Origin: Eubacteriales bacterium
GTDB lineage: Bacteria > Bacillota > Clostridia > Oscillospirales > CAG-272
NCBI GenBank assembly: GCA_045655785.1
Contig: JAZOPW010000225.1
Coordinates: 1-28,686 of the forward strand
Length of the DNA stretch: 28,686 bases
Reading direction: 5' to 3'
Part shown: positions 25,492 to 28,686 of the stretch, piece by piece
Layout: each line of letters opens with the position of its first letter
Position numbering within the stretch: position 1 is the stretch's first letter
Notes under the pieces: generated by a model
Databases searched by the model: none
What the model was told of the DNA's origin: nothing
Seen by the model: only the letters and a program-made list of their open reading frames with translations
Program-made: the position numbers and the translations under genes

Positions 25492-26439
25492 TTATTCGTT
25501 GGTTTGTTGTTCTGACTCTATACTGACAAGAGTAGAAAGTGCATTGAATACTTTTAGGCATCCAATTTTATCGCCTTCTTTTCCGGTCCGTCCATGCTGA
25601 ATCCAATGTCGATTTATTGAATCTGGCTCTATCTGTGAAAAATCACTTTTTTGATATAAAATCACTATGTATTGATACATGGATATCCAACACAAATTTT
25701 TTATATATTTGCCTTTGCTTAACTCTTCATCTGCATGGAATTTACATATTCTCATTACACGAACATCATTTGTATTATCTCCAAAGGTTGAAATAAATCC
25801 TTCTAGCACAGTAAGTAGAGTAGTTAAACAGGTGGAATACAATCCTGCTTCATATGATAGCACGCATTCGTTGAAAATGTTTTTTTGAGCTTCATTTTGG
25901 ATGCTTTTAGATATTTTTCTGCAAATGTACTTGAACTCTCTGTTAATGTAGTAGTTTTCGAAAAATTGATTTAGAGCATTTTCGTCATCTGCAGCTTTTT
26001 TTAAATCGCCAAATCTGCGCAAATCTATGTTAAGGGGAATTGTCCATCCAGCATTGGCAATTTTCTCTATGATAGATTTATATTCGTCATTTAATATTTT
26101 AAGAGGATCTTCCAAATCTGATTGTGGAGCACCTTCTAGCTTATAATACGGAAGATCTCGGTTGTTTCGAAGAATATCGCTAAATTTATTCTGTATTACC
26201 TTTTTACGCAAAGAAACCGGGAGCTTTTTTATTTTTTCCATTTCAATATCTGCAGCATGCTTGGTATATTCATTGTATATACGAATAACCTCTTCCTCTG
26301 TTAAAGCAAATTCCTTAGAAACCAACTCGAACACTTTTTTGTCGTGTTTAGAAGGATAATAACCGCCATCTTGAAGTTCCAAATCCTTAAAGCCTTTTTG
26401 ACAAGCTTCTACAATTTTACTGTTTTCTATCGTTGCCAT
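25492..26439 (-). CDS. Hypothetical protein with a C-terminal HEPN-like domain (putative RNase/Abi effector)
   Basis: Helical C-terminus with ECVLSYEAGLYSTCLTTLLTVLEG and NRHWIQHG (RxxxxH); RBS AGGAG; AT-rich. Confidence 0.7.
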   Translation of the reverse strand: MATIENSKIVEACQKGFKDLELQDGGYYPSKHDKKVFELVSKEFALTEEEVIRIYNEYTKHAADIEMEKIKKLPVSLRKKVIQNKFSDILRNNRDLPYYKLEGAPQSDLEDPLKILNDEYKSIIEKIANAGWTIPLNIDLRRFGDLKKAADDENALNQFFENYYINREFKYICRKISKSIQNEAQKNIFNECVLSYEAGLYSTCLTTLLTVLEGFISTFGDNTNDVRVMRICKFHADEELSKGKYIKNLCWISMYQYIVILYQKSDFSQIEPDSINRHWIQHGRTGKEGDKIGCLKVFNALSTLVSIESEQQTNE

Positions 26440-26478
26440 ATGTTTCTCCTGTTTAGATTATACTCGTATGATAAAGAA

Positions 26479-26508
26479 CAAGTCCACAACATTGCTGTTG
26501 TGGACTTG
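26479..26508 (-). terminator. Element-supplied hairpin directly downstream of the tRNA CCA; overlaps the att arm
   Basis: Perfect 12-bp stem CAAGTCCACAAC-N6-GTTGTGGACTTG, followed on the minus strand by TTCTTTAT. Confidence 0.7.
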
Positions 26509-26510
26509 GA

Positions 26511-26602
26511 TGGCGGAGAAGGAGAGATTTGAACTCTCGCGCCGGTATAACCGGCCTACACCCTTAGCAGGGGCGCCTCTTCGGCCCCTTGAGTACTTCT
26601 CC
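26511..26602 (-). tRNA. tRNA-Ser(GCT)
   Basis: GGAGAAG/CTTCTCC acceptor stem, anticodon loop CT-GCT-AA, long variable arm GCCGGT-TAT-ACCGGC, T-arm GAGAG-TTCAAAT-CTCTC, encoded CCA. Confidence 0.97.
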
Positions 26603-26648
26603 GTGTACTATCACAGACCGCCGGTTGCATAGGTCTGTAACATCCTAT

Positions 26649-26677
26649 ATTATACACATATTTTGTCCATTTGTCAA
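26649..26677 (-). promoter_or_regulatory. Consensus sigmaA promoter of tRNA-Ser
   Basis: TTGACA (26672-26677), 17 bp, TATAAT (26649-26654) on the minus strand. Confidence 0.85.
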
Positions 26678-26680
26678 GCC

Positions 26681-26840
26681 TTTTTTTCGGTTTTACAAAA
26701 CATTTTTTTCGGTTTTACAAAACATTTTTTCGGTTTCACAAAAGTTTTTCAAATTTACAAAGCTTTTCCTTTTCGCAAAGCTTTTCCTTTTCGCAAAGTT
26801 TTTCCTTTTTACAAAGCTTTCCCTTTTTGTAAAGCTTTTA
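26681..26840. repeat. Degenerate tandem repeats: ~22-bp TTTTTTTCGGTTTTACAAAACA x~3, then 18-bp TTTTCCTTTTCGCAAAGC x~5
   Basis: Read directly; abuts the -35 of the tRNA promoter. Confidence 0.8.
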
Positions 26841-27127
26841 GCAGGATTTTTCTCAAAAGACTTTTTTGTGGCATCTTTAAGGAAATATTGCACTGGCCTT
26901 CACAAAAACTCATTTCTTCTTGATCCGACTTTGGGTTGCCAATTTGATCACACGTTCAAATCTCACCGTAAGCTCGTCGAATGAAATCAAGCGCTTTTTG
27001 TTCTCGTTGTATAGAGTGATGGATTTGTTTCGTCCATCCCTTTTCACTTTTTTATATTTTACGTCACTCCAATACTCCCTGTTCTCTTTCCTGTGAAAAG
27101 AGTCTCATTCATAAAAGCCCAACGCCC

Positions 27128-27325
27128 TTAATCGATCGAAAGGACGCTGTTGATCTGCTCCTCATAATACGCGTTCTCATACTTTTTGATCACAAATTGA
27201 TGTCTGCCGTTTGCATCCAATACAAAATGATTGGCACCTGTCTGCCCGTCCACAGAAGCCGTTCCGCAAACCGTACGGTACCCTGCCCGTGTCTCGTCCC
27301 CGATCAGCACCATTGAGACCAGCAT
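27128..27325 (-). CDS. Possible small hypothetical gene or gene remnant
   Basis: ORF only; an RBS-preceded ATG (MRKFILG) just upstream is in a different frame, suggesting a possible frameshift. Confidence 0.25.
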   Translation of the reverse strand: MLVSMVLIGDETRAGYRTVCGTASVDGQTGANHFVLDANGRHQFVIKKYENAYYEEQINSVLSID

Positions 27326-27584
27326 CGGATCCCAAAATAAATTTCCTCATGAAAATGACTCCCTTTTGTTGTTCATGAATGTTGCTTCATTATACCATAT
27401 CATCGGTACGATGTCAACACTTGGACACCTGATAAAAGCATACACGGGCTTACCAAAATACACCCCCAAAAAAATTGTCACCGTGTACCATTCGCATTTT
27501 CATAATTGCCAACAGAATCGATCCGCCAAAAAATGACATATAATGTAATGGTGCTTCACCAAAATCTATAAAGGAGGAAATTTT

Positions 27585-28418
27585 ATGAGCAGACAAAATC
27601 CGTTTGCACGAAATACCAACGAACGCTCTTGCAATAACTGTCAAAACGGTTGTCAGAATGACTGCCAAAACAACTGTAACGATCAACCGTCCGATTGCGA
27701 TGCGCATGACTGTTGTCATGATAAAGATAAAAACCCATGTATTCTCTGTCCTCCCGGTCCAATGGGTCCCCCCGGCCCGATGGGGCCCGCAGGTCCAAGA
27801 GGTGCTGTTGGTCCGCAAGGTCCGGAGGGGCCGAGAGATCCAGTCGGTCCACAAGGTGATACAGGTCCTGTCGGAGCGCAAGGACAAAAGGGAGATACAG
27901 GATCTCAAGGTCCCGCAGGAGCGACGGGGCCGCAGGGACCGCAAGGCGATACAGGTCCAACAGGTCCGCAGGGACCGCAAGGACTCCCCGGAGGCGTATT
28001 GAGCTATGCCGATTTTTATGCCTTGATGCCTCCCGATAATGCAGCGACAGTTGCTCCCGGAACCGATGTCAGCTTTCCGCAAAACGGTCCTATTGCCAAC
28101 ACGAATATCGGTCGTCTCGGTCCGTCCTCATTCAATCTCGGTCCCATTGGCACCTATCAGATCCTGTTTCAGGTCAGCGTTACCGAAGCGGGACAGCTGA
28201 TCCTCACCTTGAACGGTGAAGACCTGGCTTATACCGTTGCAGGTCGCGCCACCGGCACGTCACAGATCGTGGGAATGGCGGTGGTAACCACCACAGCGGT
28301 CAACTCGATTCTTACAGTCCGCAATCCTGCAGGCAACGCCGCCGCTCTTACCGTTACCTCTCTTGCAGGCGGCACACGCTCCGTGTCTGCGCATCTCGTC
28401 ATCACACAGATATCCTGA
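27585..28418 (+). CDS. Collagen-like spore-surface (BclA-like) protein
   Basis: Cys/Asn-rich N-terminus, ~27 Gly-X-Y triplets (one Gly->Asp break, DPV) and a BclA_C-like beta-rich C-terminus. RBS AAAGGAGG. CATATAAT at 27537-27544 resembles a mother-cell sigma -10. Confidence 0.88.
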   Translation: MSRQNPFARNTNERSCNNCQNGCQNDCQNNCNDQPSDCDAHDCCHDKDKNPCILCPPGPMGPPGPMGPAGPRGAVGPQGPEGPRDPVGPQGDTGPVGAQGQKGDTGSQGPAGATGPQGPQGDTGPTGPQGPQGLPGGVLSYADFYALMPPDNAATVAPGTDVSFPQNGPIANTNIGRLGPSSFNLGPIGTYQILFQVSVTEAGQLILTLNGEDLAYTVAGRATGTSQIVGMAVVTTTAVNSILTVRNPAGNAAALTVTSLAGGTRSVSAHLVITQIS

Positions 28419-28686
28419 TCGCGTTGACCCATAGTAAAAAAACAGTCGGGTAAACAAGCAGTAAAAAACCGATCCGCTTGTTGTTTTGTTTGAAGATCGG
28501 CGCAGAAAGCATTTACAATTGATCATATCCCTCGGATAGATAACAAGTCATGACCACCAGCCGTGCTGGTGGCTTGCGATAGCCCCCTTGGGGCATTCCA
28601 CACGCTGAGCCTATAGGCTCGTCGAAAAATCCGCCACTTGCGGTAATTGCCCTACCACTATTGAAATAGTAAATTTCTGTAGCCAT

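Larger units (their letters stand above)
9150..26524. mobile_element. Integrated ~17.4-kb mobile element in the tRNA-Ser(GCT) 3' end, with a large serine recombinase and a D5-like helicase (satellite-like/IME-like)
   Basis: 14-bp flanking direct repeats; large serine recombinase, resolvase, SF3 helicase, excisionase-like HTH, DUF960 and DUF3846 inside; visibly AT-richer cargo than the GC-rich host gene at 1-7342. Confidence 0.88.

Noticed and set aside
9150-26524. Prophage or self-transmissible ICE
   Set aside because: No structural, packaging, lysis, relaxase, coupling-protein or T4SS genes lie between the att repeats.
26681-26840. CRISPR array or protein-coding repeat (66-, 86- and 131-aa ORFs)
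   Set aside because: The units are contiguous without unique spacers, no cas genes are present, and the ORFs are low-complexity translations overlapping the tRNA promoter.
27450-28526. Minus-strand ORFs of 210, 125, 67 and 88 aa
   Set aside because: They are antisense to the collagen-like gene and arise from its GXY periodicity.

Overview
The window looks like chromosomal DNA from a spore-forming clostridial Firmicute (inferred from sigmaA promoters, GGAGG ribosome-binding sites and a BclA-like collagen gene). It has three parts. (1) 1-9.1 kb is host DNA. It holds a giant secreted repeat protein on the minus strand (start at 7342, >=2447 codons, runs off the left edge and is missing from the ORF track), a 145-aa hypothetical gene and a 7TM-LuxR one-component regulator. 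GGGGTGAAA repeats lie upstream of the promoter that drives the hypothetical and giant genes. (2) 9150-26524 is a complete ~17.4-kb integrated element in the 3' end of tRNA-Ser(GCT), bounded by a 14-bp direct repeat (TGGCGGAGAAGGAG). Its only integrase is a large serine recombinase, and the reconstructed attP has ~50-bp serine-integrase-like symmetry. Its core genes are a D5/P4-type SF3 helicase, a resolvase, an excisionase-like HTH, an XRE regulator, DUF960, DUF3846, a Mor-like activator and a Zn-finger amidoligase/glutamine amidotransferase pair. It has no capsid, terminase or conjugation genes. Cargo is a BspA-type LRR surface protein preceded by an unannotated 34-aa YxxP peptide, a HEPN-motif gene at the right end, and an AT-rich operon at the left end. 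That operon (HTH, wHTH-interrupted PD-(D/E)xK nuclease, Hanks Ser/Thr kinase, predicted TIM-barrel protein, PPP-family phosphatase) is mostly translationally coupled and is the best candidate for an undescribed, phosphorylation-controlled defence system. (3) 26.5-28.7 kb holds tRNA-Ser, a repeat tract upstream of its promoter and a collagen-like spore protein. No database searches were run; family assignments come from motifs read by eye.
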